The notes: generated by a model from the sequence alone, not told the origin. A stretch of DNA of 64,000 bases from a virus (IMGVR_UViG_3300029305_005547:96001-160000), one strand, 5' to 3'. Positions 20,734 to 31,201 are shown, numbered from the stretch's first letter. Program-made: numbers and translations.

Positions 20734-21150
20734 TTATATATTTACGAATTTAAGGAAATCTTCATAACCAATTCCAATTTCCTTTGCACTTATAGAAATT
20801 ATTTTTATGTCACGTGAATCTTGAATAATAAAGAATTCATTGAATTCACTAGATAAAAATTTAGCAAGTGAGGTGAAAAAGTTATTAATATCTGCATTTT
20901 TAATGCTTTCCTGATTCTTTGTTACAATGTGTAATTTAGCTCTTAAAATAGCTCGAATAACAAGAGCGTTTCTGTTGTAATGACCATAGATAAGATTTAG
21001 ATCACATTCATTTGTGAATAGATTGATAATATGATTCAAATCTTTTCTAAGACTTTCCATGTCTCTTGAAAATCTTTTAATCCCACTATCATGAATAAAT
21101 TTAACGGTTTCTTCAAACATAAGCATGACTACCATACCCTCCTTCGTCAA
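20734..21150 (-). CDS. Hypothetical protein
   Basis: ORF with GGAGG near the start. Confidence 0.6.
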   Translation of the reverse strand: MTKEGMVVMLMFEETVKFIHDSGIKRFSRDMESLRKDLNHIINLFTNECDLNLIYGHYNRNALVIRAILRAKLHIVTKNQESIKNADINNFFTSLAKFLSSEFNEFFIIQDSRDIKIISISAKEIGIGYEDFLKFVNI

Positions 21151-21209
21151 AAGCTTTACATAATTGTCTAAAAAGATTTAGAGATATGGTTTTATACCAT
21201 ATCTCTAAA

Positions 21210-21629
21210 TTAATAAATATTTATTTCTTTTTCTTGTTCAACTTTAAGTAAAACCTCATTCAGTATTTGATGAATCTTTGAAGGTGAATAATATTTCACC
21301 TTTCTTACATTGAATTTGGTTCTACTTATACAGTTATTAAGTTCAAGTAACGTAAACCAGAAATGAACTGTTCCATATAAAGCTTCTGATAGAACTTGAG
21401 GATTTTGTCTAAACGTTTCATACTGAACTTCGTCAAGTTCAATAGTTTCTATATAATCTTCAAGATAATATCTATATTTATTGATTAATGAATTATATGG
21501 AACAACAATAGAATCACCACTCTTCGAATCTGTTATTTTGAGGGGATCTGTCATTTGTCTAAACCCAAGTTCATACGTTTGTTCATCTTGTACTTGAAGT
21601 TGTATTGTATCGTAATTTTTTGTAGCCAT
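21210..21629 (-). CDS. Baseplate wedge protein, gp53/LysM-like
   Basis: PQVLSEALYGTVHFWFTLLELN matches the P..LS..LYG....W..LL.N pattern. Confidence 0.65.
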   Translation of the reverse strand: MATKNYDTIQLQVQDEQTYELGFRQMTDPLKITDSKSGDSIVVPYNSLINKYRYYLEDYIETIELDEVQYETFRQNPQVLSEALYGTVHFWFTLLELNNCISRTKFNVRKVKYYSPSKIHQILNEVLLKVEQEKEINIY

Positions 21630-21641
21630 TGTTTGTCACCT

Positions 21642-22028
21642 CTAATCATTCGAGAATGTAAGGTCATTTAATGAATTACTCGGACAATTACAAATTACTT
21701 TCGTATTTTTATTAATAGTATATGTATTGTCTGGATTTTTAATACCTTGACCTTCCCAAGATTTATTTCGTTCAAAAGGAACATCCAAATAATTTTGGTT
21801 TTTTAATAAAGTTGCTGTAAGTATTTTACATTCAGGAGCATTTTTGAAGCAAATAACTCCTTTAGAAAAAACAGCACCTGTTTTAGGTTCACCCATTTTA
21901 ATTTTAGGCATTAAATGTGGTATATACAAAGGATAAGTTTTACCAACTGTAGGAGCAATACCTGTTTTAGAAAGGTATGCTGGTTCTTTATCCTTTATTT
22001 TAAATATATGCTTAGTATCTGTTAACAT
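21642..22028 (-). CDS. Hypothetical late protein
   Basis: RBS and AACA-N6-TAAT promoter. Confidence 0.6.
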   Translation of the reverse strand: MLTDTKHIFKIKDKEPAYLSKTGIAPTVGKTYPLYIPHLMPKIKMGEPKTGAVFSKGVICFKNAPECKILTATLLKNQNYLDVPFERNKSWEGQGIKNPDNTYTINKNTKVICNCPSNSLNDLTFSND

Positions 22029-22119
22029 AATAATCCACCTTCCTATACATTAAAAAAATGTTTTAATAGTTAAAATATGAGAGTATTGTGTTAACCTTGT
22101 AATAAGGTTGGGTGGGTTG

Positions 22120-22199
22120 ACGGAATTTAGTTAAGTAAAATTTCTGTAAGTCTCGATATTTCTAGGGACTTACAGATTCTTTATTTAGCTAAATAGTAA
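22120..22199 (+). repeat. 80-bp cassette repeat, copy 3
   Basis: Direct match; stem variant TAGGGAC. Confidence 0.97.
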
Positions 22200-22737
22200 C
22201 AAAGCAGATACTAATCATACTCATAGTGGATATGCAACGAGTTCTCACACTCATAGTTATTTACCGCTTGGTGGTGGAACGTGTACAGGTGTTGTTATTG
22301 TAAATAACAATATAAAGGCTAGTCAATATAGAGCGTTAGATAATAGAGATGTATATTTAGTATCAGCATCTAATTCATATGTCGCGAGACTTTGTGCTAA
22401 GGAAATTCATTGTAATAATACAGGTGTGACTGCTAATGTACCTATATATGCATCTGCATTTACAAATCCTAGTAGTATACGATATAAAGAAAATGTCAAA
22501 GATCTTGATTTAGAATATGCTAAACAAATTTTAAAATTAAGACCTGTAACGTATGATTATAAAAATAAAGAAAACGGAATTAATTGTGTAGGTCTTATAG
22601 CAGAAGAAGTGTATGATTATATTTCGTATCCAGTTATTTTTAGCGAAAATGTAATTGAAGGTTTAGATTATGCTAAATTGGTCACACCAATTCTTAAAAT
22701 TTTACAGGATCATGAAAAACGTCTATCTTTTTTATAA
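22189..22737 (+). CDS. Silent tail-fibre tip cassette 3 with HTH(S) repeats and a peptidase S74-like chaperone domain
   Basis: In frame LNSNKADTNHTHSGYATSSHTHSYLPLGGG...SSIRYKENVKDL...LRPVTYDY...GLIAEEV...LDYAKL. Confidence 0.88.
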   Translation, partial: LNSNKADTNHTHSGYATSSHTHSYLPLGGGTCTGVVIVNNNIKASQYRALDNRDVYLVSASNSYVARLCAKEIHCNNTGVTANVPIYASAFTNPSSIRYKENVKDLDLEYAKQILKLRPVTYDYKNKENGINCVGLIAEEVYDYISYPVIFSENVIEGLDYAKLVTPILKILQDHEKRLSFL

Positions 22738-22769
22738 ATAATTAATAATTTTATATCATGTGGGAGTGG

Positions 22770-22849
22770 ACGGAATTTAGTTAAGTAAAATTTCTGTAAG
22801 TCTCGATATTTCTCGAGACTTACAGATTTCTTATTTAGCTAAATAGTAA
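22770..22849 (+). repeat. 80-bp cassette repeat, copy 4
   Basis: Direct match. Confidence 0.97.
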
Positions 22850-23486
22850 TATGGTGACTGTACATGGCGGACGAATGAAAGGCAATCTTCAATTGAAACC
22901 TTTAACAGGTGGAACTGATGGTGCTGAAGGTGGTGAATTACAGTTAAGTGCAGCTGACGATGGAAAGAAGTATTCTAATTTAACTTTGGATAACTATAAA
23001 GGATATTTTAGATTATTTGGACTTAAATCTGAAGATGGTACGACAGTAGTAGGTGAATCTGCAATGATTCAGATTCACCCATTTAATAAAACAATGACAA
23101 TTGATAGCAATTATAAAATAAATAATAAAACTACTATTGATAAACTTGGATATTTATCAAATGTTACCAGCGATATACAAACACAACTTAATGCAAAAGC
23201 AGTAAAAACATCGAATTCATTCACTGGAGCACAAAAAGTATCTATGGCATTTGCCCCAGCTAATAATAACTATACTGCAGCCCATTTTTCAGCAGAGGCT
23301 AGTAATGCTAGTACAACTTCAAATAGAGCTAGTTATGGTTTTCATAATTCTGGAGTTGTTGCAGGCATATTATATTTAGATAATGATGGAAATCTTAAAT
23401 ATATTAATAATAGTGGAACTATATCAAAAATAATGAGATCTTCGCATTTTTCTTTAAGTGGTACAACATTAACTATTACTTTATAG
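22839..23486 (+). CDS. Silent tail-fibre tip cassette 4 (ends LSGTTLTITL)
   Basis: In frame LNSNMVTVHGG; LGYLSNVTSDIQTQLNAK fibre motif; no RBS. Confidence 0.85.
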   Translation, partial: LNSNMVTVHGGRMKGNLQLKPLTGGTDGAEGGELQLSAADDGKKYSNLTLDNYKGYFRLFGLKSEDGTTVVGESAMIQIHPFNKTMTIDSNYKINNKTTIDKLGYLSNVTSDIQTQLNAKAVKTSNSFTGAQKVSMAFAPANNNYTAAHFSAEASNASTTSNRASYGFHNSGVVAGILYLDNDGNLKYINNSGTISKIMRSSHFSLSGTTLTITL

Positions 23487-23499
23487 GAGGTATTGTGAT

Positions 23500-24402
23500 A
23501 TGGCTATTAAAGTTGGAAATACTACTATACCAACTACAGAAGGTAGTTTAAAAGTTGGATCTACTAAAATAACTAAAGTTAATGTGGTGAAAGATGGAGT
23601 AACAACAACTGTATGGCAAGTTTCTAGTTTTTCATCTAAAGAATTTAATTATACAGGAGGAGTACAAGCGTTTACTGTACCTGTTACAGGTACATACCTT
23701 CTTGAAGTTAAGGGTGCACGAGGCGGTCATGTAACTAACCATATTGCAGGTGGTTTTGGAGGATATGCTAAAGGATATGCAAATCTTACAGCAGGTCAAA
23801 CTATATATGTCTGTGTGGGTGGACAAGGAACAGATTGTAGTCAAAGAGGTAGTGAAATAAACACTCAGCCAATAACTTACCCTGGTGGATATAATGGTGG
23901 TGCTAATGCACCTACAGTATTATATTATAATGGAAGTGGAGGAGGATGTACTCATATAGGTACATTCAACTCAACGTTAGCTGATCATGGATCTACAAAC
24001 GGATTATTTATTGTAGCTGGTGGTGGAGGAGGCGCTTCATATCACGATGATACGCATTATGGTGTTGGTGGTACTGGTGGTGGAACTACTGGTGGAAATG
24101 GAACCGTTATAGGAGATTATGTTTCAGATGATTACTTTTCATATGGAACTGGCGGTACACAAACTGCCGGTGGTTATAATGATATAGGTGAAACCCCTGA
24201 CCTATATAGAGGATTTTTCGGAAAAGCTAATAGTGATATCCATAATTCTGCTGGTGGCGGAGGCGGATTATATGGTGGTGGTCCTGGTGGAGGATGGTCT
24301 GGAGCTGGTGGTGGTTCTGGATATATAGGAGGAGTCACATCAGGTTCTATGGAAAATGGTGTTCGAGATGGAAATGGTTGGGCTAAAATTACATTAGTCT
24401 AA
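23500..24402 (+). CDS. Glycine-rich partner adhesin of cassette 4
   Basis: GGAGG RBS; shared MAI...TTIPT N-terminus; FNYTGGVQAFTVP and many GGGGG runs. Confidence 0.8.
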   Translation: MAIKVGNTTIPTTEGSLKVGSTKITKVNVVKDGVTTTVWQVSSFSSKEFNYTGGVQAFTVPVTGTYLLEVKGARGGHVTNHIAGGFGGYAKGYANLTAGQTIYVCVGGQGTDCSQRGSEINTQPITYPGGYNGGANAPTVLYYNGSGGGCTHIGTFNSTLADHGSTNGLFIVAGGGGGASYHDDTHYGVGGTGGGTTGGNGTVIGDYVSDDYFSYGTGGTQTAGGYNDIGETPDLYRGFFGKANSDIHNSAGGGGGLYGGGPGGGWSGAGGGSGYIGGVTSGSMENGVRDGNGWAKITLV

Positions 24403-24460
24403 ATTTATGAAAATAGGTTAGTTAAAAGACCAGTGAGTAAAAACACTCACTGGTCTTTTC

Positions 24461-24952
24461 CTATTCAAGAAAATGATCCATACAATCAGACAACACACAA
24501 CCGACGTCGTCGTATCTGTGGTTAAGATATACTTTAAGCTTCGAAGCATAGTCTAATGTACAGAGGATAAACAGAATAGGGTCTTCATGTTTCGCTTTTT
24601 CTATTACAGTATACATCTTTAATGCATTACTCTTATCAAGAAGAATGAATTCATTCATTACTTTCATGATACGTAAAAATTCATTAATATGTATAGAATA
24701 GTTTAAAGCGGTATAACGTATAGAAAGTTCCTCTTCTGTCATAACTTTACCAGGTAACAAGTACATCAGTACTGCTACATCAGACAAAAAGTCATCCCCT
24801 GGATATTCAATACCATGGGATAAGCATCTAACTTTGAGAGAATCAAAGAATTTAGAAGATAACTTATATGACATAATTGCGAGCCGTTTTAATAACGGAG
24901 GTAAAGATAAACAGAGATCGGTTCTTTCATCATTTAATAACACACTATTCAT
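24461..24952 (-). CDS. Hypothetical protein
   Basis: 163-aa ORF with AAAGGGA RBS. Confidence 0.6.
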   Translation of the reverse strand: MNSVLLNDERTDLCLSLPPLLKRLAIMSYKLSSKFFDSLKVRCLSHGIEYPGDDFLSDVAVLMYLLPGKVMTEEELSIRYTALNYSIHINEFLRIMKVMNEFILLDKSNALKMYTVIEKAKHEDPILFILCTLDYASKLKVYLNHRYDDVGCVLSDCMDHFLE

Positions 24953-25057
24953 TTTAAACCATCCCTTTCATTTTTCTTATAATAATGTGATAATTTACGA
25001 AAACGTCTTTATAGAAAAAAAAATAAGAGGGTGATGAATAACCACCACCCTCTTATC

Positions 25058-25903
25058 TTAAAATTCAGTTATTGATATTGGATCTTTCCCTGATGGATTA
25101 TCTCCAAGCAATCCTCTAACAAATGTTTCTGTTAATATTGATGAAAATGCATTGTAATTCTCTTCATCAGGAATAGGAAATACGAATTTCATCTCTGGAT
25201 ACTTTTTAAGTTCATCACAAAATATTCTTGCAACTACTTCAGGATTGTTTTTGAAGACTCCACAACCGAATGCTCCAAGGAATAATGTTTTAACACCATG
25301 AGATTTAGCAACCTCGAGTGTACAAATTATTCGTTCTCTCATAGTAGTTTCAATTTCATCTTCGGATACTCCGTTTTTAAGTGCAGCTCCTCTATTAGGT
25401 GCTGCAATAGTGATAACATCTACTAATCGTTTTTTGTTTCCTTCCATAATCACTATATCAGGACTATACAGCATTCTATTCGTATAGAGTGCTTTGTTTT
25501 TATTTTCTCTGTTGAAATGATAGAACGTATCATTGAACGATTCTAATACTGGAAATAATGTACTGGAATGACAAATACACTCTTCTTGAGCAGAAGAACC
25601 ATTGAGATACATCCCACCAGGATTTTTATAAGATGCAAAATTGAGTATTGCAATTTTCGATTTACTTTTATTATCGAGAACTGCTTCGATGATACCTTTT
25701 CTTTCAAAATCTACAGAAATACAATAACCCATAGAGTCTTCACTCTCTAAGTTACGAATAAGAAACATTCTACAATCATCTTCTGTATATTCTTCGGTAT
25801 TTTCAATACTTTTTGAGATTTCTTTTGCGAAATACTTACATACTTCTGTAAGGTGTTCAATTGCATGTTGTTTGTTTAGTGTCTTTTTTGACCAGTAATT
25901 CAT
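25058..25903 (-). CDS. TIGR02452/DUF2263-type macrodomain protein (bacterial PARG-like)
   Basis: LNFASYKNPGG...GSSAQEECIC...YSPD...LGAFGCGVFKN. Confidence 0.85.
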   Translation of the reverse strand: MNYWSKKTLNKQHAIEHLTEVCKYFAKEISKSIENTEEYTEDDCRMFLIRNLESEDSMGYCISVDFERKGIIEAVLDNKSKSKIAILNFASYKNPGGMYLNGSSAQEECICHSSTLFPVLESFNDTFYHFNRENKNKALYTNRMLYSPDIVIMEGNKKRLVDVITIAAPNRGAALKNGVSEDEIETTMRERIICTLEVAKSHGVKTLFLGAFGCGVFKNNPEVVARIFCDELKKYPEMKFVFPIPDEENYNAFSSILTETFVRGLLGDNPSGKDPISITEF

Positions 25904-26131
25904 TAACGATCACTCCTTTCTTTTATCTATTAAAATAATATATCAATGAAAAAATTAGTATTTACTTTGTAAAAGTAACGATTTATAAAAGTATATTATT
26001 TTCGTGTACAAGGTGCTTGTACATAGTTGTATGGTGTTTATTCGTACAGCACCTTTGGTGCAATTTATTTTTTTTTCTTTTTTATACCAAAACAAGGTAT
26101 TAATAAACTTATAGAAAGGAAGTAATCAATC

Positions 26132-26530
26132 ATGGATAATGTTAAAAGAGTTAAATTAGCTGTTTTTGAAGCAGTTGATGAAAATCTTATTGATAAAGAT
26201 CTTTCTGAAAGTATGCTTAACTTCTGTGAGTCTGCTGATATGCAGAAGGAGGAAGATGTTAAGATGCTTGCTGATATCACTCAGACTCTTATCAATATAA
26301 AAGAATCCGTGGATGCTACTACTGAACCTACTGCAGAAGAGTCTGTAGTTGAGGGTGCATCTGAGGAACCTGTTGTAGAAAATCCTACTGCAGAAGAGTC
26401 TGTAGTTGAATCTGCTATTGATGAGGGTTTCACTAGAGATGAAATCGCTCTTATGATTTATGAGAGCGAAAAGAATGGTGAAATTACTGCTGAAGAAAGA
26501 GCAGAACTTTTTGCAAAACTTGATGCATAA
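26132..26530 (+). CDS. Acidic probable inner-head protein with IYES.....IT.EER motif
   Basis: Late promoter; motif shared with 45786 and 51016; 26-bp internal duplication 26327-26352/26384-26409. Confidence 0.6.
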   Translation: MDNVKRVKLAVFEAVDENLIDKDLSESMLNFCESADMQKEEDVKMLADITQTLINIKESVDATTEPTAEESVVEGASEEPVVENPTAEESVVESAIDEGFTRDEIALMIYESEKNGEITAEERAELFAKLDA

Positions 26531-26648
26531 AACATATATGACCTTGTAGATTTCTCTACAAGGTCATATTTTAAGAGGTCAAAATGTCAAACAAAACCAA
26601 TCAGATGGAATATTCATATCAGACCACAAATTCTGATTTAAATATTTG

Positions 26649-27128
26649 TTATTTCGGAAAATACTCCGTTACTGTATTTTCAAATATTTTGACCAATACA
26701 TCAGGAAGATTATGTTTTTTAGCATTGATTTTAACACCTTCTGAATAAGGTGTATCTGATTTAGTTGACGCTGAATAGGTATCAACGAAATATTCGACTA
26801 AATCGACTAAAGTAAATTCTTCAATACCATTTTCAAAATGTTCTGGATGATGCCTGTTTACCTCATAGTGATGAGATAAACATCTATCCATCATATCTTT
26901 ACGAATCTGATTATACTTTTCTGATCCGTATTTTGCTTTTCTAAGTTCAGGAATCAAACTATCGTATCCTTCCCTTTCAGGAGATTCTAACTTAGAGTTA
27001 TCATGAATACTTGCTCTATAAACAAGATCTTCAATTATAACTTTCATTGTTTTCTCAACAATTTTCTTATGCTCCAATGCATCTACAGTTGAATCATAAT
27101 TTAACATATTATATTTCTTTCCTTTCAT
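26649..27128 (-). CDS. HD-like (DUF5662-type) protein
   Basis: HDNSK...HHYEVNRHHPEHF...DLVE. Confidence 0.7.
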   Translation of the reverse strand: MKGKKYNMLNYDSTVDALEHKKIVEKTMKVIIEDLVYRASIHDNSKLESPEREGYDSLIPELRKAKYGSEKYNQIRKDMMDRCLSHHYEVNRHHPEHFENGIEEFTLVDLVEYFVDTYSASTKSDTPYSEGVKINAKKHNLPDVLVKIFENTVTEYFPK

Positions 27129-27573
27129 TTAAAATTTTTCTCCGAGTTTGAATATCGGAATATAATGCATTAATATCTTCTTGTTTCTTTATGAGTTTTT
27201 TATATTCTAAGTACTCACCAGATGATATCATACCTTTATTAATAAGAAGTTGAACCAATGACATTTGATTTGCATAAGTGTCAACTAAAAATGTCTCCAT
27301 ATCAAGAATACGTTCTTCAAGTTCAATATTTGGATCGTAATCTTCATTTAATTCTTCTTCCATATCTTTCAATAATTCCATGGAAGTTTTTAAAAAAGGA
27401 TCCTCAAAATCTATTTCAGGTCCTGGAGTTTTATGTAAAGTTACACCATTAGTTGGTGTTTTGTTTTTTTTAATTTCTTTATTTTTTATTTCTTCACACC
27501 TTCTACGATTAATAGTATCAGTAGTAACTTCATTCGTTTTATTTCCTAGTATTATAGGTAAAATAGGTATCAT
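27109..27573 (-). CDS. Hypothetical protein
   Basis: 154-aa ORF. Confidence 0.6.
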   Translation of the reverse strand: MIPILPIILGNKTNEVTTDTINRRRCEEIKNKEIKKNKTPTNGVTLHKTPGPEIDFEDPFLKTSMELLKDMEEELNEDYDPNIELEERILDMETFLVDTYANQMSLVQLLINKGMISSGEYLEYKKLIKKQEDINALYSDIQTRRKILNERKEI

Positions 27574-27642
27574 AATATAAACTCTCTTTCTATATTTATT
27601 TTAACTATAAGTTAAAACTATTATTAGAAAGAAGGTTTTATT

Positions 27643-28089
27643 GTGATAGGAAAAATGGATATAGATAGATTTAAAACGATTTTTTCATGCATACTTAATA
27701 AACGAATAGTTCCGTTTGTAGAAGAACACGTTCTTGAAATATTAGATAATAAGAATTTTACAGGTTATTATAAAAATGAAACTATTGGAGATCAGACTTT
27801 TATTAGACCTATATTTGGTCTTGAAATATTCGATCTTCCTATTTTAGGTCTTATAGTATATGAACTTAATAATCCTGAATTTAAAAAGGAATTACATATT
27901 GATATTCTTCCTGTAAATGAACGATTTTTCTTTTTATGGTTACGTTTATATTTACAAGAAAAGAAGTTATTATTTCATATAATGTATAAAGACCCAAAAA
28001 CAAATGAAGAAACAGAATTAACTTTTTATGGTATGTTAGAATTAAATTATTCTGATATAACAAGACGCGGATATGAATATTTGCTTTAA
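27643..28089 (+). CDS. Hypothetical protein
   Basis: ORF with RBS and downstream terminator. Confidence 0.6.
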   Translation: MIGKMDIDRFKTIFSCILNKRIVPFVEEHVLEILDNKNFTGYYKNETIGDQTFIRPIFGLEIFDLPILGLIVYELNNPEFKKELHIDILPVNERFFFLWLRLYLQEKKLLFHIMYKDPKTNEETELTFYGMLELNYSDITRRGYEYLL

Positions 28090-28126
28090 ATAATCCCTTG
28101 GAGAGTAATTTCTCCAAGGGATATTT

Positions 28127-28846
28127 TTATGCCCAATAAATGGTCTTTTGCTCTAAGTGGAAATTATCATCCCACTCTCTTAGCAATTCTTCACGTTTAC
28201 TATCTGCTTCAGCCCAGTCATCAATTTTTAAACTGATACGTCCGTGAGCAGTTTCAAGTTCGTTGTAGTGTTTAAGTACACTATATAATACTTTCTTTAC
28301 ATCAATTAATGCAATTTTAAAGAAAGTTTCTTCTTGAGATACAGGAATAGATGCAAGTGATTGATCATGAAGTTTAGCATATTTAATAAATATGCTTCCT
28401 CCATATAAATGCCATACTCTAAGCCTATTAGGAGTATCAAATCTCCATGTTAATTTAGGAAACATCATATTTGTTAAATCAGCTCCTACATTAGTAGTTA
28501 AAACATCTGCTAACATATTTGGTGTGTATATAGGCATACCTGCACCATAATAACCAATGCCACTGACATCAGATGCATCATAATATACATCAGCAACAAA
28601 AACTATTTCTTGACCTGTAGGAACCTCTAAAATCAAATCAGTATATTCAAGATTTCTAGAAGCCTTTTCTATTTCAGCACTAGGTTTTCTTATAATATCA
28701 TATTGTGGAAAATACTGGGAATAAGTTCTTAAAGTTATATCTTTAATTACTTTACTAATAGTTCCATCTATATCTTCAATAGGTAATGCTATAGCATATA
28801 TACCGAGTTCTAATTTTATTCTTGTAATAAGAGAAGATAAGTTCAT
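28127..28846 (-). CDS. Probable head-tail connector/neck protein
   Basis: Late promoter, AAAGGAAG RBS; family call from recalled resemblance only. Confidence 0.5.
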   Translation of the reverse strand: MNLSSLITRIKLELGIYAIALPIEDIDGTISKVIKDITLRTYSQYFPQYDIIRKPSAEIEKASRNLEYTDLILEVPTGQEIVFVADVYYDASDVSGIGYYGAGMPIYTPNMLADVLTTNVGADLTNMMFPKLTWRFDTPNRLRVWHLYGGSIFIKYAKLHDQSLASIPVSQEETFFKIALIDVKKVLYSVLKHYNELETAHGRISLKIDDWAEADSKREELLREWDDNFHLEQKTIYWA

Positions 28847-28947
28847 TTTTTCACTTCCTTTCTATACATTACAAAAATGTTGAAAAATTAAGAAAATCTA
28901 GATAGGTATAAGATTTTTCTATATTTTTGGAGAGTAGGGTGGTCGTC

Positions 28948-29027
28948 ACGGAATTTAGTTAAGTAAGTTTTCTGTAAGTCTCGATATTTCTCGGGACTTA
29001 CAGATTCTTTATTTAGCTAAATAGTAA
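28948..29027 (+). repeat. 80-bp cassette repeat, copy 5
   Basis: Direct match; stem variant TCGGGAC. Confidence 0.97.
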
Positions 29028-29352
29028 TGGACCTAGTGGTGCTTGTTTTAAATCTGCACAAAACGGATATACATTTATATTACAAAGTGATGGAAATCTT
29101 GTATTATATAATTCATCCAATAACGCTATATGGGATTCACAATCACGCCCTGCCACAGGTTCTTCTCCATTTTTTGCAAGTATCCATTTAGGCTCAGCTA
29201 GTGGTTTAGGACCATATATTTATACTGATGCAAATAATGGTTATGATTTACTATTCAGATATAAGAAAAGTGATGGTAATTTTGGATATAAAAACATGAG
29301 GAATATAGGTCATATGACATTATCTGGAACTACTCTTACTATTACAATTTAG
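29017..29352 (+). CDS. Silent tail-fibre tip cassette 5 (not in ORF track; bulb-lectin-like; ends LSGTTLTITI)
   Basis: Hand translation: LNSNGPSGACFKSAQNGYTFILQSDGNLVLYNSSNNAIWDS...HMTLSGTTLTITI*. Confidence 0.88.
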   Translation, partial: LNSNGPSGACFKSAQNGYTFILQSDGNLVLYNSSNNAIWDSQSRPATGSSPFFASIHLGSASGLGPYIYTDANNGYDLLFRYKKSDGNFGYKNMRNIGHMTLSGTTLTITI

Positions 29353-29363
29353 GGAGGTATAAT

Positions 29364-29849
29364 ATGTCTATTATTGTAAATGGAACCACTATACCTACAT
29401 CAAAGGGTAAAATTGTAGTTAATGGTGTGCAAATAACAGAAGTTAAATGTAATGGAACTAGTGTATGGAAATCATCAGCAACACCAATAACTAAAACATA
29501 TTCATATACGGATAATTCAAGTGATGATCAAGAATACAGAACTTATAGTTCTACGTTAGATACAGTATCACTTAGTGGTCATACTAAATTAACTATAAGT
29601 GCTTCTGTAAAAACTGCTTCATGGAATAGCTGGGATGGTAACGGAGTAGATGCTAATGTTGTTGTTGATGGAACTGTTTATTCTTTATACAAACGAACAC
29701 AATGGGATGGAACATCTCAAGGTTCTACATATACAAAAACTTTAGAAATAAATATTTCTGGAAAATCTTCCGTTACTATAGGAGTATCTGGTGGAGATAT
29801 AGGATCTACGCATACTATAACGACATCTTTGACATGTACTTTCACATAA
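29364..29849 (+). CDS. Partner adhesin of cassette 5
   Basis: GGAGG RBS; MSIIVNGTTIPTSKG...CNGTSVWK. Confidence 0.78.
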   Translation: MSIIVNGTTIPTSKGKIVVNGVQITEVKCNGTSVWKSSATPITKTYSYTDNSSDDQEYRTYSSTLDTVSLSGHTKLTISASVKTASWNSWDGNGVDANVVVDGTVYSLYKRTQWDGTSQGSTYTKTLEINISGKSSVTIGVSGGDIGSTHTITTSLTCTFT

Positions 29850-29885
29850 AAATCAAAGATATTTTATATTTCTAGGTTAGTTATA

Positions 29886-29965
29886 ACGGAATTTAGTTAA
29901 GTAAGTTTTCTGTAAGTCTCGATATTTCTCGAGACTTACAGATTCTTTATTTAGCTAAATAGTAA
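29886..29965 (+). repeat. 80-bp cassette repeat, copy 6
   Basis: Direct match; directly follows the GGTTAGTTATA end motif of cassette 5. Confidence 0.97.
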
Positions 29966-30476
29966 CGTAAATAAAGTTATTTCTGGAGAAACTGCTGTAG
30001 GATTAGCATATCTATTACATTCAGGTTCTAATGCTCCAGTATATGGTAAATCTGGATTAGAATATATGAATACGACCGGAGATGGAACAACGTCAGGTCC
30101 AAAGAAGAATTCAACACCTGTTGCAAATACATGGTTTCATAAAATACGAATGAATCATGCAAATGGAGATGGATACTATACTGAAGTAGCATTTCCAATG
30201 GTTAATGATAATGGTATTCATTATAGAGTTATTTCAGCTGGTCATGAAATATTTACATGGAGACAACTTGTAGATATAACATATCTGTCATCTCTAAATT
30301 ATGCAACAATGACTGGAGTAGAATCTAATGGAAACTTGGTCAGAAGGCATCCATCTTATTCAAATATAATGTATTTAGGATGGAATGGATCCAGTATTGT
30401 ATGTAGAGTAGATACTACAGATTTTACACTTTGTAGAGCGTCATTATCCGGTACAACACTTACTATTACAATTTAG
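29955..30476 (+). CDS. Silent tail-fibre tip cassette 6 (ends LSGTTLTITI)
   Basis: In frame LNSNVNKVISGETAVG... running into ORF 30066-30476. Confidence 0.85.
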   Translation, partial: LNSNVNKVISGETAVGLAYLLHSGSNAPVYGKSGLEYMNTTGDGTTSGPKKNSTPVANTWFHKIRMNHANGDGYYTEVAFPMVNDNGIHYRVISAGHEIFTWRQLVDITYLSSLNYATMTGVESNGNLVRRHPSYSNIMYLGWNGSSIVCRVDTTDFTLCRASLSGTTLTITI

Positions 30477-30487
30477 GGAGGTATAAT

Positions 30488-31102
30488 ATGTCTATTATTG
30501 TAAATGGAACCACTATACCTTCATCAGGAACGATTAAAGTTGGTAATACTAATGTAACAAAAGTAAATGTTGTAAAAGGTTCTACAACTACTACAGTATG
30601 GGAAAAGATTACTGACATTAATATTACGTCATACACTCTTCAATCAAGTGGTTATACTGATGGTTGGATTGATTATGACCGTCCTTCTAATCCTATAGTT
30701 TTATCTGGTAATAGTATCACTATTCAAATTGATGCTGGTGGTGGATATAATGGTTATGGATATGCGTACTTACTTTCAACAAATACCTTTACTCCATCAG
30801 GACAAAGATTAACTATAACTGGTACTGTATATTGGAATGGTAACCATTATGGTGTTAATAAGATGGCAGTAGAATTATACAATACATCAACAGGAGCAAC
30901 AACTACTGTTATGAGTCTTGCAAGTATAAGTGGCAGTGCTGATGGTAGAGGAGTACTTCAATCTACAGCTGTTAATAAAACATTTACATTACCATCATTA
31001 TCAGGCACATATAAACTGAGAATCCGATATGACACTGAAGGATATTTTGATGGTACTGGTTATGGTAAATTAACATTAACGAGTGTTGTTATAAAACCTT
31101 AA
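30488..31102 (+). CDS. Partner adhesin of cassette 6
   Basis: GGAGG RBS; MSIIVNGTTIPSSG...TKVNVVKG...TVWEK. Confidence 0.78.
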   Translation: MSIIVNGTTIPSSGTIKVGNTNVTKVNVVKGSTTTTVWEKITDINITSYTLQSSGYTDGWIDYDRPSNPIVLSGNSITIQIDAGGGYNGYGYAYLLSTNTFTPSGQRLTITGTVYWNGNHYGVNKMAVELYNTSTGATTTVMSLASISGSADGRGVLQSTAVNKTFTLPSLSGTYKLRIRYDTEGYFDGTGYGKLTLTSVVIKP

Positions 31103-31201
31103 CATATGAATGTATAGGTTAGTTATATAGTAAAATCATATCTCTTGCGATTGATTTATAGATATGATATATTGACTTTGTGAAGAGTGGTGACAGGGGG
31201 G

